Source of the DNA: Anolis carolinensis
Taxonomy: Eukaryota
Direction of reading: 5' to 3'
DNA length: 64,000 nt
Assembly: GCF_035594765.1 (NCBI RefSeq)
Contig: NC_085842.1
Coordinates: 291,695,749 to 291,759,748, forward strand
Numbering within the stretch: position 1 is the stretch's first letter; each line of letters begins with the position of its first letter. The notes below the pieces were generated by a model. It was not told where the DNA came from, ran no database searches, and was given only the letters and a program-made list of their open reading frames with translations. Shown here piece after piece: positions 26,112 to 40,018 of this stretch. Made by a program: the position numbers and the translations under genes.

Positions 26112-26112
<1 letters not shown>
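25787..26112 (-). mobile_element. Sauria SINE
   Basis: Body matches the other copies. Confidence 0.88.

Positions 26113-26162
<50 letters not shown>
26113..26162. repeat. (CT)n(AT)n microsatellite
   Basis: Direct reading. Confidence 0.95.
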
Positions 26163-26165
<3 letters not shown>

Positions 26166-26497
26166 TAGAATCTCACTTATCCAACACTCGCTTATTCAAC
26201 GTTCTGGATTATCCAACGCATTTTTGTAGACAATGTTTTCAATACATCATGATATTTTGGTGCTAAATTTGTAAATACAGTAATTACTACATAGCATTAC
26301 TGAGTATTGAACTACCTTTTCTGTCAAATTTGTTGTATAACATGATGCTTTGGTGCTTGATTTGTAAAAATCATAACCTAATTTGATGTTTAATAGGCTT
26401 TTCCTTAATTCCTCCTTAATTCCTCCTTATTATCCAACATATTCAGTTATCCAACATTCTGCCGGCCCGTTTATGTTGGATAAGTGAGACTCTACTG

Positions 26498-26618
26498 CAG
26501 GGGTCCCCAAACTAAGGCCCGGGGGCCACATGTGGCCCATCAAAGCCATTTATCCGGCCCCCACGGCACAAAGGCAGAAGAGGGTTGGGCTAAATGACCC
26601 AAGGGTTCTCCTCTTCTC

Positions 26619-26676
<58 letters not shown>

Positions 26677-26785
26677 AACATTGAGGTTGGGAGGCCATCT
26701 GTCAGGGGTGCTTTGCTTGTGCTTTTGGTGCACAAAGGCAGAAGGAGGTTGGACTCAATGGCCCAAAGGGTCTCTTCCAACCCTC

Positions 26786-26846
<61 letters not shown>

Positions 26847-27227
26847 TGTATGACACAGCAAACAAGATAGATATGCTAGATTTCGTATCACAGAATCACA
26901 AGTCGAACACTTCCCAAGTGTCTAGGACTGTGTGATGTATTTTCGGATGATGCGCGCAGATCCCAGTAGGGTGGCCTTTTGAAGTTGACAGATGGTGATT
27001 TTGTCAATGTCTATTGTTTCCAAATGCCGGCTGAGATCTCTTGGCATGGCACCCAATATGCCAATCACCACCGGGACCACCTGCACTGGTTTCTGCCAGA
27101 GCCTTTGCAGTTCGATCTTGGGGTCTTGATGTTATTATTATTATATTATTGCTTGGTGGCCAACTATAGTCCGGCCCTCCAATGGTCCGTGAACTGGCCC
27201 CCTGTTTAAAAAGTTTGGGGACCCCTG
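26498..27227. mobile_element. Non-autonomous hAT (OC1/Charlie-like)
   Basis: TIR CAGGGGTCCCCAAACT / AGTTTGGGGACCCCTG, 8-bp TSD CTCTACTG. Confidence 0.88.
26846..27130 (-). mobile_element. 5'-truncated R4/Dong-like non-LTR retrotransposon in (TAA)n
   Basis: Translates KIELQRLWQKPVQVVPVVIGILGAMP...QLQKATLLGSARIIRKYITQS*, the C-terminus of RLE-type elements. Flanked on both sides by TAT repeats. Confidence 0.8.
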
Positions 27228-28373
27228 CTCTACTGTATACACACTCACACACACACACATTCCACTTTTTTCCCAGCATGGGATTCATGGCAGAATACAA
27301 CCTTTAAAAAATACAACCACAAAATTTTCAGTCCATAAAATATATGAGTTTAAAATGCAGGTTAAAGCAGCTTTTAAACACATATGTAAAAGCGACTCCC
27401 CTACTTTAGAAGCTCGACCTGCCATAACACATCAAAGCCTTGTTAAATAAAAAGATATTCACCTGCCAGATGAAAGACTGCAGGGAGAGGTTTAACGGGA
27501 TCTCCCATGGAAAGGAGTTCCACATTGTCCTTCCAATTGTTACTCAGTTCACATAGAGATCCATGTGTTTGACAGCTTCCTGGTGCTCAAATGTTCTCCA
27601 TCAGCATTAGAGCAATACTTACGCTATAACCATCATGTTCTTTGCTTAAAGCAAAGAACATGATGGTATTTCTCAGCATTCTATATACAGAAGCCATTTA
27701 AACCAGCAGCTGAAAATGCATTCCTGGAAATAGGACCAATAGGAGCATCCAGCACCAATTTTGAGGCAGCAGCCTGGCTCTAGGCATACAGGAAAAGTTA
27801 AATGGCACAGTCATTTTTGCTTTTTGATACCTTACCACTCCTCCTGCCTCACTAAGTATAACATTATTTCACTCCAAATTACCTTTATTGTAGAAATTAT
27901 TCACTCTCTTTGTGCAGAGCAAATAGCCTGTGTCTCTTTCTAAACCATGTTAGAACTATGAAATGCTATGCTGTTCATAATTAAGTACATACATTCCAAA
28001 TGAAATAATGAAACAAAAAGTTTCAGTAAGTGGCAGGAATTGCTAAGGAGAGAGAATGAAATGCAAATGCTCTCCCCTTCATCACATGCCAAATGCTACT
28101 TTCAAAATTCAAGAAATACCTGATCTGATTGGCCAATATGCTATTGAGGAAAAGCCTGCCAATATTTGAGTATCCCTAACCTTTAACAGTCAATAAGAGC
28201 CACCAAGTACAAGAACACTTTATCCTTGAGAGATGAGAGCCACTATATGCATACCGAACCAGTGCTCTACTTAGCTGCTAAAAGCAAACATATATCAACA
28301 GGTTGAGTGTGTAAGACAAGTAAATAAGCAAAGTTCCATACTGCTCAAAATAGGCTGTGGTGACTCCTTTCCT

Positions 28374-28375
28374 GA

Positions 28376-28418
<43 letters not shown>
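28374..28418. repeat. (GAAA)n microsatellite
   Basis: Direct reading. Confidence 0.95.
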
Positions 28419-28419
<1 letters not shown>

Positions 28420-28784
28420 CCACCGTGAATCCAGCTGCATTAGGCAACCATAGCCAGTCTTCAAGGTCTCTTTTTGAGCAATGTTCTGGGACATGTGGTG
28501 GTTTCAAAACTCCAGGAGTTCCCAAATGAAACAAATTATCTAGACCTATTTCATTCTGACTTCAGGCCTGGGACAGAGACAACATAGACCACCTTCATGG
28601 ACAGAGCCGGCCCTAGGTAATTTTCAAGTGTAGGCGAACAGAATTTTGGCAACCCCCCCCCCCCCCCAAACCAATCACCAGGTGTTTTGGCCTACAACTC
28701 CCAGAAATCCCAGCCAGTTTACCAGCTGTTGGGGGAGTTGAAGGCCAAAACATCTGGGAACCCACAGGTTAAGAATTACTTTCT

Positions 28785-29225
28785 ACAGGTTTGGATACCT
28801 TTAATCATAACCTGCCTCTCTGGAATAGGTCTAGAGGACACTGTTTTATAGCAATTCTAGTCCATCTTCCTTGAATGATCTCAGGAGGTAATGCGGGAGG
28901 GTTCTTACTCTACTCATTGGCTGTTGGCTTGTGAGGTTCCTTGGGGCTCAATTTTTGTCCACCATCTGTTTGATATCTACATGAAACTGCTCGGAGTCAT
29001 TTTCTGGAGTTTTGGAATTCCATGCCATCAGTATCTCTCCATTCATCTAATTCCCAAAAAACTGCCTTGGTGCTAAAACAGTGTCCATTATCAGTAATAG
29101 CCTGAATGAAGGCAAATAAATTGAAGCTTAATCCAGACAAAATAGAGGTGTTCTCAATCAGTCAAAAAGCAGAGGACAAAACAGGAATTTGGCCTGTCCT
29201 CAGTAAAGTGGCATTCCTCCCGAAG
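28785..29225 (+). mobile_element. L2 LINE RT fragment, decayed
   Basis: CEVPWGSIF (GVPQGS-like) and MKANKLKLNPDKIE motifs. Confidence 0.7.
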
Positions 29226-30853
29226 GAAAACTGTGATCTCAGAGGCCAAGGAGCAGTGTTTTCCTCCCTGCAGTTCAGTTCATGACTGGGCTGCAAGAAA
29301 AGGTTGATGGGATTCCTGCAACTTTGGGAGTAGACAGGAAACAGGGAAGCATTGAATCTGACCTCAGGCCACAGACTGCACAACCCTGCTGTAAATAAAT
29401 GAGAACAGAAGGCCACATTAAAGACTAACAAAAAAGTGAACTACTGTAACTTTTAAAAATATTAATTAAAGTCTGGTTTGATTCAGAGGGTTTTATTTAT
29501 GTTCATTTATTTGCTCAAACAATTGAGATGAAGAGAGAGAGAGAAAATTTCTCCATTAGAAATGTTTCTGTACAAAATGCATATTTTTCAAGTAGAAAAA
29601 TGTTGTGATAATGGCTATTAATGAATACACTTCACTTAACTATTAGAAAAAGATGGCTATTCATGAATCACTTCGTCTGTTTACTTTTAGTCTGACTGCA
29701 GGTACACTCACACACTTTAACTCTACTGTAGTTGTACTGTAGCCATATTCACACTTTCAGTGCTGTCAGTGTATTTACAAAATGACATCTGCAGTGAGCC
29801 TCAAAGACATGATTGGAGGAGAATCAACTCATTAGTGGTGAACAGGAACTTTTCCTGGTGTGAGAGGTTGGAGGATCCTTTTAAGCTACTTTTTTATATA
29901 GATTTCAAGTTTTCACAGAGAAAGTTGTTCTTACAGCAGAGATAAAATTTTGAATGCTAACAGCATCCTTTTCTTTTCTTATTTAGCCTGTAGAGACACT
30001 ATTTGCAGCACATCTGGGCTGCCCCTACTTCCCAAAGCAGTAATATTAAGCTGATGTGCTTGCTATTAAGAACACTGTAGGAAGTAGAGAGATTAACAAA
30101 ATGAGATGAGATTTATGCTGCTGATAGTTGGCCAACAGCTGTATGTGGCACATAAGAAAGATTCCTACCTCCTTTAGGAAGTCCATATGTTAGAAAGCTC
30201 AAACTCCAGCCAGATGGCTACTCACATACAAGAGTTAAGAGCACAGATACTCAAGAAGCATCTTGTATTCTTTTCCCCGGGCCAACTATTATATATGGCA
30301 GAACCAATTGTTTTTCTTGTTTTATAGTAAAGCACCATGTACTATATAAATAAACAAACATGATAATAATAGTTGGCACTGTAGCTCCCATCATCCCTGA
30401 TGGCTCGTCATGCTATCTGATGGGGGCTGGAGTTCAGAAACATCTCAAAGAAACTGTCCCACTGCCAGTGCTTAAAATCATAAAGAGCTTCTGTGCTTTT
30501 ATATCTGTATGGACAGGAGACATATGACATCAAGTTATCTATGTAATAGTGTGTGCAGAAGAGATGCGCTTTCTTCATTCGGGAAGCCTGCTTGAGAAGA
30601 CGCCACAGATAAACACTTCTTACCAGTTGCTCTCCATCTTGGGCTCCTCTGAAGTATGAAAAAGTCCTTTGAGATTAGCAGTTGCTGCCTCTTCTGGACC
30701 CATAGGACATCATCTACATCAGTGATTCCCAAACTATAGTCATCCATGTGTTTTGGACTCCATCTCCTAATAGCCTTATCAGCCTTGGTCAATGATCTGA
30801 AAACAAGTCCAAAACAGCTGGAAGACCAGAGTTTGGGAACCAATGGTCTACAT

Positions 30854-30988
30854 CCATGGTTTTCAACCTGTGGGTCCCCAGGTGTTTTTGCCTACAACTC
30901 CCAGAAATCCCAGCCAGTTTACCAGCTGTTAGGATTTCTGGGAGTTGAAGACCAAAACATCTGGGGACCCACAGGTTGAGAACCACTG
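30854..30988. mobile_element. SPIN-like hAT MITE
   Basis: GGTTTTCAACCTGTGGGTC / GACCCACAGGTTGAGAACCACTG, TSD G(T/C)CTACAT. Confidence 0.8.
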
Positions 30989-32906
30989 GCCTACATATTA
31001 CTCTAGCCTATGAAAGTTGAGGTCTCATATTTATACTTTAAGTCTCTAAAATTAGCAGTGAGTTGAGTAAAATCACTAACTTTTTGGCCACTTGAGCTCC
31101 ATCAAAATATCCTCCACTCTCCAGTGATTCCCTGAAGAAATTGCTCCCTCACTTTACAACAGGCTTGGTTTTTTATCACAAGTCTGGGAAAGCAATGCTG
31201 AAATAAATTGAAACACTCACCTTATATTTGTATAATTTAAGCAAAAAATTACAATGATTAACCCATTATCTGTTACTCAGACAGGTGGACCACCTGAATG
31301 ATAACTTCCTTACTTTCATTTTGCAACTTGTAATGGTGAAACTTTGTCTTCCTTGCTCCCTCACAGCTCTGTTTATGTTGTAATTTAAAGTCCTCAGAAG
31401 AGGAATTACTGAAGCATTCAATCTATCCCTTGCCCTCCTCTTCCCCCACTCCTGTCTACCTACCTATCAATTAAATTCAGTTAACCCCTACCAAATGTAG
31501 CTGTCACCAATTTTATGTCAACTAAAATTGCACATTTGCTCATGGAATCCCCTGACCTCACCTCTTCTAGTTGTGCTTCTACCTAATACTGGCTCTGCTG
31601 AACCACAGAAATATCCTGCTTGTGATATCTAAATAGTTGTGGAATCAGCAACATAATATCTGGGTGTTACAACTGCAGGAGACTTTTTCATGATTCATGT
31701 GACTAGGGTATATAGCAGTAATAAAATTGTCTCCAGCTGTACCAGCTGAGAAAATTTGAGATTCTGATCAAGTTCCCTGCAGTGGTGGACCTCGAAGATA
31801 AGCTGGCACCAGACCCTAATGAATCGCAAGATCAACCAGTGGAGGTAAGAAAGAAATAGGTGGTGTCAAAAAAAGAGCTTAGTTTGTTCCCTATGCAACT
31901 TCAGAGCCTACATTTAGCCCCTGTAATGTTCCACTGGGGAAATGAAATGAAATGATATTAAAACTCCCAAGGTGAACTCAGTGAAGTTGCCTCCAACACA
32001 TAATGGAGATATCTTCACAAAGCAGCACACTGTCTATATACGTCTTTGATCTCATGATATATACACCTTGAACAGACAGGGACAAATTTAGTGACAGGTG
32101 CACAAAACACCTTTCTCCATCCTTTATTGAGGAAATAAACAAGATGAGATGACACTTCAGCTGTGTATTTGATCAGCCAGAAAATATGGCTCATGGGGCG
32201 GCGGGGGGCGAGGGGGGGGAGGATTCAGACCTCTTACTTTTTCTGTTAGCCCCCACAGCAGACACTACACAAAGCTCCATGGAAACTTTTGATAGGGGAA
32301 TTATGTATTATTGCAGTCACAAGAACCCTTATCCCAATATTTGGAGCCCCAAATGCACGCAGAACAGGAAATTCTGAGAGATCCTTCTGGTTTCACAGTT
32401 TTCTTCCTATATCCATCTCTCACCTACTGAACATGTAGACAAAAGTCTAGGTATTGTACATTTCAGTATTCATGTATCTCCCGGTTTCCAAATAAGCTGA
32501 CAAACTATCCCTTTTCTCTTCTCTCTTTCTCTCTCTCTCTCCCTCTCCCGGCAGTAATAAATCCATTATCTAACTTGGAATGAATATAGTACACACCCTG
32601 TCCATGGGAGAATATGTTCCTGGACTTCACATGGAAATGCAAAACCATGGATAATAGTGAATTGGAGGACTTCTGACCCAATAATACCATAGCAGAGTCA
32701 CGCTGGAAGATCTAGAAAATGCATAGATAGGAAATATGTTGTCAGGTATGGATAAATGAAACTCTGTGTACTGGTTCTGCGGATCCAAGGGTCATACCTG
32801 TATAAAAGTTGGTATTTGAGAGCTTTTCTTTTACCCAAACTACACACTTAATAGTCTCAACCAATAGAGCACATGTCATATATCAACTGCCTGAATGAAA
32901 CATATA

Positions 32907-32907
<1 letters not shown>

Positions 32908-32995
<88 letters not shown>

Positions 32996-33000
32996 GTCTG
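32908..33000. repeat. (TCTG)n(TCTA)n compound microsatellite
   Basis: Direct reading. Confidence 0.95.
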
Positions 33001-34495
33001 GAGTGGTGAATGTGTAGTTCTCCACAAGTTGTTGAACAACAGATCTCATCATCCCCCACTGGTTATGGTAGCTAGGTCTGATAGTAGTTGCACGTCAGTC
33101 TGCAAAGGTAAATTCCTCAGCTCTGACACAGATTGTTCATGGCAACACTATGTGTAGTGATTATGTTTTAATACAGGAGAACAACTATTACAAATATGCA
33201 ATTTTTCATTCCTAGCTAGCAAACTAATCCAGTTGATTGACACTTCCAGCCCCACCCATGTGATGAGAAGTGTCTTGAGATTAAAAATGATAAAATATTA
33301 TACTGCACAGCTACGGTATTTATTCTCCTCCTTCCTCAAACAAGCCTTTAACTGAAGATACATAATCTTTGCATAATGGTTTATAGCAAAATAATCATCC
33401 ACTACTTCTCTTAGAATTAATCCTGATGTGCTTCCTTCTTCTACAGATCTATTAGAAGATATACAATAGAAATAGTGGGGAGGGGTACCCTAGTGACTAG
33501 AAAGGTGCAAACCTGCCGTGCACACAAGCCTTCCAGCTCTAACTGTCTGTGGAACATTTGAGGCTTAGATAATTAAAACACAAACAGAAGAGAACTCTAT
33601 AAAGGCATTTCTGTGATGTTAAAAACTGGTTCATTATAGCTCAGTGAAGAAAGGAATTGTATTAGGTGTGTGAGAGAAAGAAAGAGAGACATCCAATTCA
33701 AATAACACAAGTGGACAAGAAGCTTTTTACACCTATGATACAAAACACATCATTTTAACTAACAGTTCTAGGATGTGTCCAGCTTCATTAGGCTCTTCTT
33801 CCAACTGCAATGACTCTTTGATGTGCATGGACAATTGATCTACACTTTCTGTTGCTTCTGTTTTAAAATTCTTCTCACATGCTTCAGTTTAATTATTTGT
33901 TGCTCTATACATTTCTCTTTGAACCAGTTACTCTGCTTATCTCGAATTTCGCATAGCTCTCTTCTTAGGCTTCTTTATCTGATTTTCAGGTAAATCATCC
34001 TTTCTCTTTGTCTCCTGTTCCCTCTCTCAAAAATCACTACATTCGTTGTTTGCCTTCCAAAGTGATAAAATTAATCATGGTTATGGTTGCTCATATTATA
34101 AGAGCATGGCACACTATTGTATATGCAGATTTTTCTTCAGATTTTCTTTCCTGCATTTTCTAGAGCTCATTATTGCTAGTGTCATATTATTTAATTCCCT
34201 GTATTGCTTCCAGTTTTCTTTTTCTTTTTCTTTAACCTCATGTTTTATGTGAAGGACATGATAGGATTTTTTAAAAGAGAAGTTCAAGACAAGATACTCC
34301 CAACCTTCTAGTTTTATCCCTTTACTCGCTTGATTATAAGTGTTGGAAATTAATTTTGGTCATGTTTTTATATTTTATATTCCATGGCTTAAATTCCTGA
34401 CCTTGGCCTGTCTTTGGTCTGCTTCTAGTTCCCACCACCAGTTATTGACAGCACCAGTTATTATGCAAATATTCTTTCTATGGGTTTATCTACAC

Positions 34496-34630
34496 CAGTG
34501 GTTCTCAACCTGTGCTTCCCCAGATCTTTTGGCCTTCAACTCCCAGAAACCATAACAGCTGGCAAACTGGCTGGGATTTCTGAGAGTTGGAGGCCAAAAC
34601 ACCTGGGGACCCACAGGTTGAGAACTACTG
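34496..34630. mobile_element. SPIN-like hAT MITE nested in the TIR of a TCTACACT-type MITE (~34483-34836)
   Basis: CAGTGGTTCTCAACCTG TIR, TSD ATC(T/C)ACAC. Confidence 0.8.
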
Positions 34631-36418
34631 ATCCACACTGCCAAATTGACACAGTTTGACAGCACTTTAACTGCTGTGGCTCAATACTATGTAATCATGG
34701 GTGTTCTGGTTTTGCAACGTCTTTAGCCTTCATTGTCAAAGAGGCCTGGTGCCTCACGAAACTTCAACTCGATAACATTCAGCCATGACAGTTAAATTGT
34801 TGCCTAACTAGATTAATTCTACAGTATAGGTGCCCCTAAGGCAGCCTCCCTTTAATAATACACCCCAATGACCAGAATCAATTTAAAGTTAGAATGAGTT
34901 GGGTCACTGGAACCTTTCACCTGCTTCAGGACCAGAATTAACACAGCTATACCTTGGGATATTATAAGGCACAAGGAGCCATAGGGTTGTGCATTTTGCA
35001 GTGAGGAATACTCAGTGAGATGTAATCTAACATGATATTAATTTGGAGCAACTGGGAGGTTACATCTTAATGACTAAGGAAGAGAAGGGACTCTATGAAA
35101 TTAAGGGCATGCACAACACCGAGGAAATGTAAATGGTAAATAACAAGATTAAAGCAGACATAATTGTGAATCAGAACAGACCTAGGGGAAATCCACTCTT
35201 TTCTGGTCTGTAATTTTGAGAATCACAGCCAATATGCCCATGGTCTTACTGACAGGGGATTCTAAGAGTTGCGGTCTAAAATGACATTTCCAATATCTAG
35301 TTCAGTAAATATTCAGCACAGAAACAAAGACAAGAAGTTAGAGAATATCCTTTAACTGCCATTTCACTGTTTACTTGACAAGCTAACCTCTTTCCTTGTT
35401 CATTCTTCACTGAATGCAGTTATTCCAGCTCCCAAACTTGCTGAGACAGGCAAGCGGCTGGTATCCTTCAACACTTCATCTGTTAAGTTTCTGTTGCGAT
35501 TCTTAAAAGGGGGAAATGACTAAAAGAAGCGTGCCATCCTCATTCCCCCCCTCCTACTCCCAAATGTGGTTCAGGGATTTCATCATGTAATTCCCACTCA
35601 TGTTAGCAAAAGTTAAAAAGCTAAAGATTCCAAAGATAAAAGCATTAAAAACTGAGCAATGTAAAATTGAAAATCACACTCCTTGAGATGTGACACAATT
35701 TCACTGTGGGGTTTTTTTTTTGTCCAAAAGGCAGGAGCTGAGCAATACTCAAAGCAGCCCCCTGCCACTTCTGTTTAGGAAAACAGCAAAAAACATGATT
35801 CAAATGAGTCTTAAATTACTTGAACAGAATTAGATTTTAAAGTCTGTATATTAGTGCTGATAGTGAAGCAGAATCGATCAGCAAGGAAAACAAATAGATT
35901 CTGTTCAGTATTTCAAACAGGGATACGGCATGAGCTGAGCATAACTTCTGAAAACAGCAGGTAAGAAAACAGAACCAGCTCTGGCAGGGATTGGGAGGTG
36001 GGCAAGGAAGCCTCATGAATGAGCAGTGAAAAATCACCTGTCTCCTAGAATTACAGCAAAACAGCAGGGTCCTGAATATGAGGCAGATTTTCTTTATACA
36101 GATTGGGATTTACACTTTGTACACCTGCTGCCGGTAAGCATTAGAGCATAAACATCAGCAAACATTGATTAAGCGGATTGCCCGAATGAGACATCAGGGA
36201 GAGAGGAGGGGAGTCCAATCACTCCATTAAATTAAAGACAAGACCTGTGCAACAATTAAAAAGAGCTCACATTTTCCCCTTTATGCAAAGATAATTGGAA
36301 AAATATTTGATCAGATGTTTTGAGAATTATCAATTTTTTTAACATGGAGAATACTGTTTTTCTGCCTCAAATTTAATACCTCCAAAATTCTAAATTTCAT
36401 TTTAAATTTTAAATCCAA

Positions 36419-36735
36419 CTGGTGGCGCAGTGGGTTAAACTGCTGAGTTGCTGAACTTGCTGACCAAAAGATCAACTGTTCGAATCCAACGGGCAGGGTG
36501 GGCTCCTGTTGTTAGCCCCAGCTTCTGTCAACCTAGCAGTTTGAAAACACACAAATGTGAGTAAATCAATAGATACCACTCTGGCGGGAAGGTAACAGTG
36601 CTCCATGCAGTCATGCTGGCCACATGACTTTGGAAGTGTCTACGGACAACCTCCAAGGCTTAGAAATGGAGATGAGCACCAGGCCCCAGAGTCAGACAAG
36701 ACTAGACTTAATGTAAGGAGAAAACCTTTACCTAA
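36419..36735 (+). mobile_element. Sauria SINE
   Basis: GGTGGCGCAGTGGGTTAA A-box head and ACCTTTTACC tail. Confidence 0.88.
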
Positions 36736-37292
36736 AGACCCAACAGTCCGCTGTATGATCAACTCAAATGTCTAAATTCAAATTGCAGTGTTGATCATGC
36801 ATTCTTTCAAAGGAAGGCAATGTTAGGACTGAGAACTGTTTGTAGGGAAATAGCCAATTAATGTGATATTATTGGGCAGTTTCAAGTTATCCCCTCTCCT
36901 TTCCTCTTGAAAAATAGACTTCTTTGATGGGTGGGAGATTATGGGTTTGGGGCAGAAAAAGGCCCCAAAACCACTTAATCTCCCCATGTAGAAGATGGGG
37001 AGTAGGGCCGGTGGGAGATGCAGGAAGACATACAACTACAATCATAAGAGAGGAATAGTTCATAAATAGGTTCCGCACCTGGATAGCACTTTCAAATATC
37101 AAACTAAAACCCAGAGTGGATTCACTATTCCACTGACATTGGAGCCACCACCATTGCCTCCTACTTCTCTTATAATGTCCTCTTCCTCTTCCTGATACTC
37201 TGTTTGATGGACGCAGATTTCTTAGTGTTGCAACACACTTCTTTTTCAAGTGGAACCTTGGACATAACATGCATGGCATTTTTTTCTTTTTT

Positions 37293-37296
<4 letters not shown>

Positions 37297-37338
<42 letters not shown>

Positions 37339-37590
37339 AGGAGCAACCGGAGTTGCTTCTCGAGTGAGAAAATTGGCCATCTGCAAGGATGTTGCCCAGG
37401 GGATGCCCGGATGTTTTGATGTTTTACCATCCTTGTGGGAGGCTTCTCTCATGTCCCCGCATGGAGCTGGAGCTGATAGAGGGAGCTCCTCCGTGCTCTC
37501 CCCAGGTGGGATTCGAACCTGGCAGCCTTCAGGTCAGCAACCCAACCTTCAAGTCACAAGGCTTTTATCCCCTAGGCCACCGGAGGCTCC
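37297..37590 (-). mobile_element. tRNA-derived SINE of a second family with a (CA)n tail
   Basis: Sauria-like head GGAGCCTCCGGTGGCC, B box GGTTCGAATCC, different 3' half ending in CA repeats. Confidence 0.75.
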
Positions 37591-39711
37591 TTTTTCATGG
37601 TAGTAGCAACTCAATTCCTTCAATCCTAAAAGCCTCTCAGGATTGTGGAGACTCTACATGCTTGAATATAATCTTTTTTTTATTTTGGTCTAACACAAAA
37701 TAAATGCAAGAGATTAAACTGTGGAGTGTTCTCTTGTTCTGCAGCTAATCAGAATATCAATTGGTTACATTCAGCAGTTAAGTAAATGGCGCAAACTTTT
37801 CATAGCTGCAGTAAAAATAATTTGCTGTTTTGAGGATACCTGTCTGTTTTCAGAGTAATATTGATACTCATTAGGCTTGCTCTCTTGATGTTCTGATCTA
37901 ATATCATGCTGTCGGAGCTTGGAAATTAGGGCGGGGGTTACTCAGCATGCCACAGCTTTTTGTGCATTTCCTATCTTCCAGAGATTTGTATATGTCCTAT
38001 ACTAGGAGTCTGGAACTTTGCCGTCCAGATGGTTTGAATTTCAACTCCTACCTTATTGTTGGTCATGCTAGCTCAGTCTTCTGGGATTTGAATCTCTAAA
38101 CATCTGAGGGACTGGAAGTTTATATTTATGTAGCTCCATGCAAGGCCATGGGAATATAAGAAAGCCTATGCTGACTGTGACCAAAGGCCTATGTGATCCA
38201 GGATCCTGCTTCATATAATACCCAGATATTTACATCCACAGGCAGGTCAGAAAGGAAATGATCATTCCTCACTTTTATTCCTCAGAGGTGACAACCAAGA
38301 ACATACAGCCTCTGCTCATAGAGGTACATGTAGGTGCAATGGCTAGATTGACCCTCCCAACTAGTTTGCCCAATTTTCTTTAAACCAATCAAGTTTGGCA
38401 ACTGCACATTTATTCTGAAAGTGTTACAAATCAATTATGTGAAAAATATTTTCATTTGCCTGTTCAGAATTGTTTCATCGGCTGGTCCAGCATTCTACGA
38501 TAAGGACAGAGGGAAGGAAAGCAGATTTTTCTCATCAGGGAAATGATTCAACCCAGTGATCATTTTGGTTGTCTGTCTCTATATCTTTCCTAGCTTAATT
38601 AATCATTATTAATTATTCTAAATGGTGTCCATTACAAAAATATGGAATGGCTGGTATTTTGGATTCCTTCTGTTGAACAGTTTTGTAAGCTGTACTGGTC
38701 ATTGCTTATCTCTATTTAATATAAATAATGAATGCATACATGGAGGATCAAATCCTAAATCTACTAACATTTGATACCAGGAGCCCCCCCCCCCCCACCT
38801 CAAATTGAATTTCAAAATCCATGGATGTTCACATCATGTTATATACAATGGTGTAGTAAGATGGTGTCCCATATATAAAATGGCAAAATCAAACGTTGCC
38901 TTTGGGATTTTAAAATACATTTTCAAGCCATGGATGGTTGAATTCACGAGTGGTTGAATTCATGGTGTATATGGAGAGCCAGTTGTACATCCATTGCTTT
39001 GCTGCAAGAAAAGATTTGTCAGGAAATGGTCCTTCCTGATTTGTACATTAAAGTGAAAAAGTTCCAGTGAAAACAGAAAAGCCTTTCCACCTAGGATATC
39101 AACACTAATTGTTACCATGAAACATTTCTGATTACAGATAACAGATGAGACTTAATTAGCGAGGGCAGCTGGAGCTACCACTGCGATAACATGATCAGAG
39201 AAACCCTGCAATCTTCATTTAGGCATAGCCATTAACTCCTCCTTCAATGGACTGAAATAGTTGAAGGAGATTCAAAAGACATTCAGTTGTTTTGCACTGC
39301 AAGAGACTACATTATTACCAACATCGTATTGTTAACACTGGGAGTAGCTGTTCATCATGACCTCACACAGTATATTCATTTTATCTGTAGATCTTGAATG
39401 ATGTTTTGTTGAGGTTGCTAAAGCGTTAGCTACAAACGTTGCAGCAGTACTCTAGCATACACACAAAGATAAGCAAAAGAAATGCCACTGTAGTGCTTGG
39501 AATCTTAAAAACCATCTTCACCATGTCCAGGAACATAAGCACAACCAGTCGTATTTTTTCTTTTTTTTTTCCTTTGAGCATCAGACACTGACCTTCAGTT
39601 TCCAAAGCATATTGCTATGTAATATGGAGAGGGATTCTATTTAAGAGAGAGGCGTCCAAAGCCTCCTTAGGCATGCAATGCTAGTCTCTGGACCTCAACC
39701 ATGCACTTCAT

Positions 39712-40018
39712 AGGTAAAGGTAAAGGTTTTCCCCTGACATTAAGTCCAGTCGTGTCCGACTCTGGGGGGTTGGTGCTCATCTCCATTTCTAAGCCATAGA
39801 GGCAGCGTTGTCCGTAGACACCTCCAAGGTCATGTGGCCAGCATGACTGCATGGAGAACCGTTATCTTCCCTCCAGCTTGGTCTACTAACATTTGCATGT
39901 TTTCGAACTGCTAGGTTGGCAGAGGCTGGGACTAACAGCGGGAGCTTACCCCACCTCCCAGATTCGAACTGCCAACCTTTCAGTCAGCAAGTTCAGCAGC
40001 TGCGCCATCAGGGGTTCC
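39712..40018 (-). mobile_element. Sauria SINE
   Basis: Body matches the other copies, with small internal deletions. Confidence 0.88.

Larger units (their letters stand above)
26163..27235. mobile_element. Same MITE family, opposite orientation, with a hAT element inserted in its TIR (a partial copy also lies at ~5771-5880)
   Basis: Same TIR and TA flanks. The body is the reverse complement of 43187-43502. Confidence 0.88.

Noticed and set aside
26530-26935. Poly-I/L/Y ORFs (and poly-C/V/N ORFs at 54.8 and 60.5 kb)
   Set aside because: Translations of trinucleotide microsatellites.
33760-34260. Purine-rich minus-strand tract that looks like coiled-coil coding sequence
   Set aside because: Stops in all frames. 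Short pieces (WKQYRELN, RDKQSNWFKEKCIE) suggest at most an old RTE-type LINE relic, not a gene.
36419-36500. tRNA-like A/B boxes here and at other SINE heads
   Set aside because: Part of SINEs, with no complete cloverleaf.
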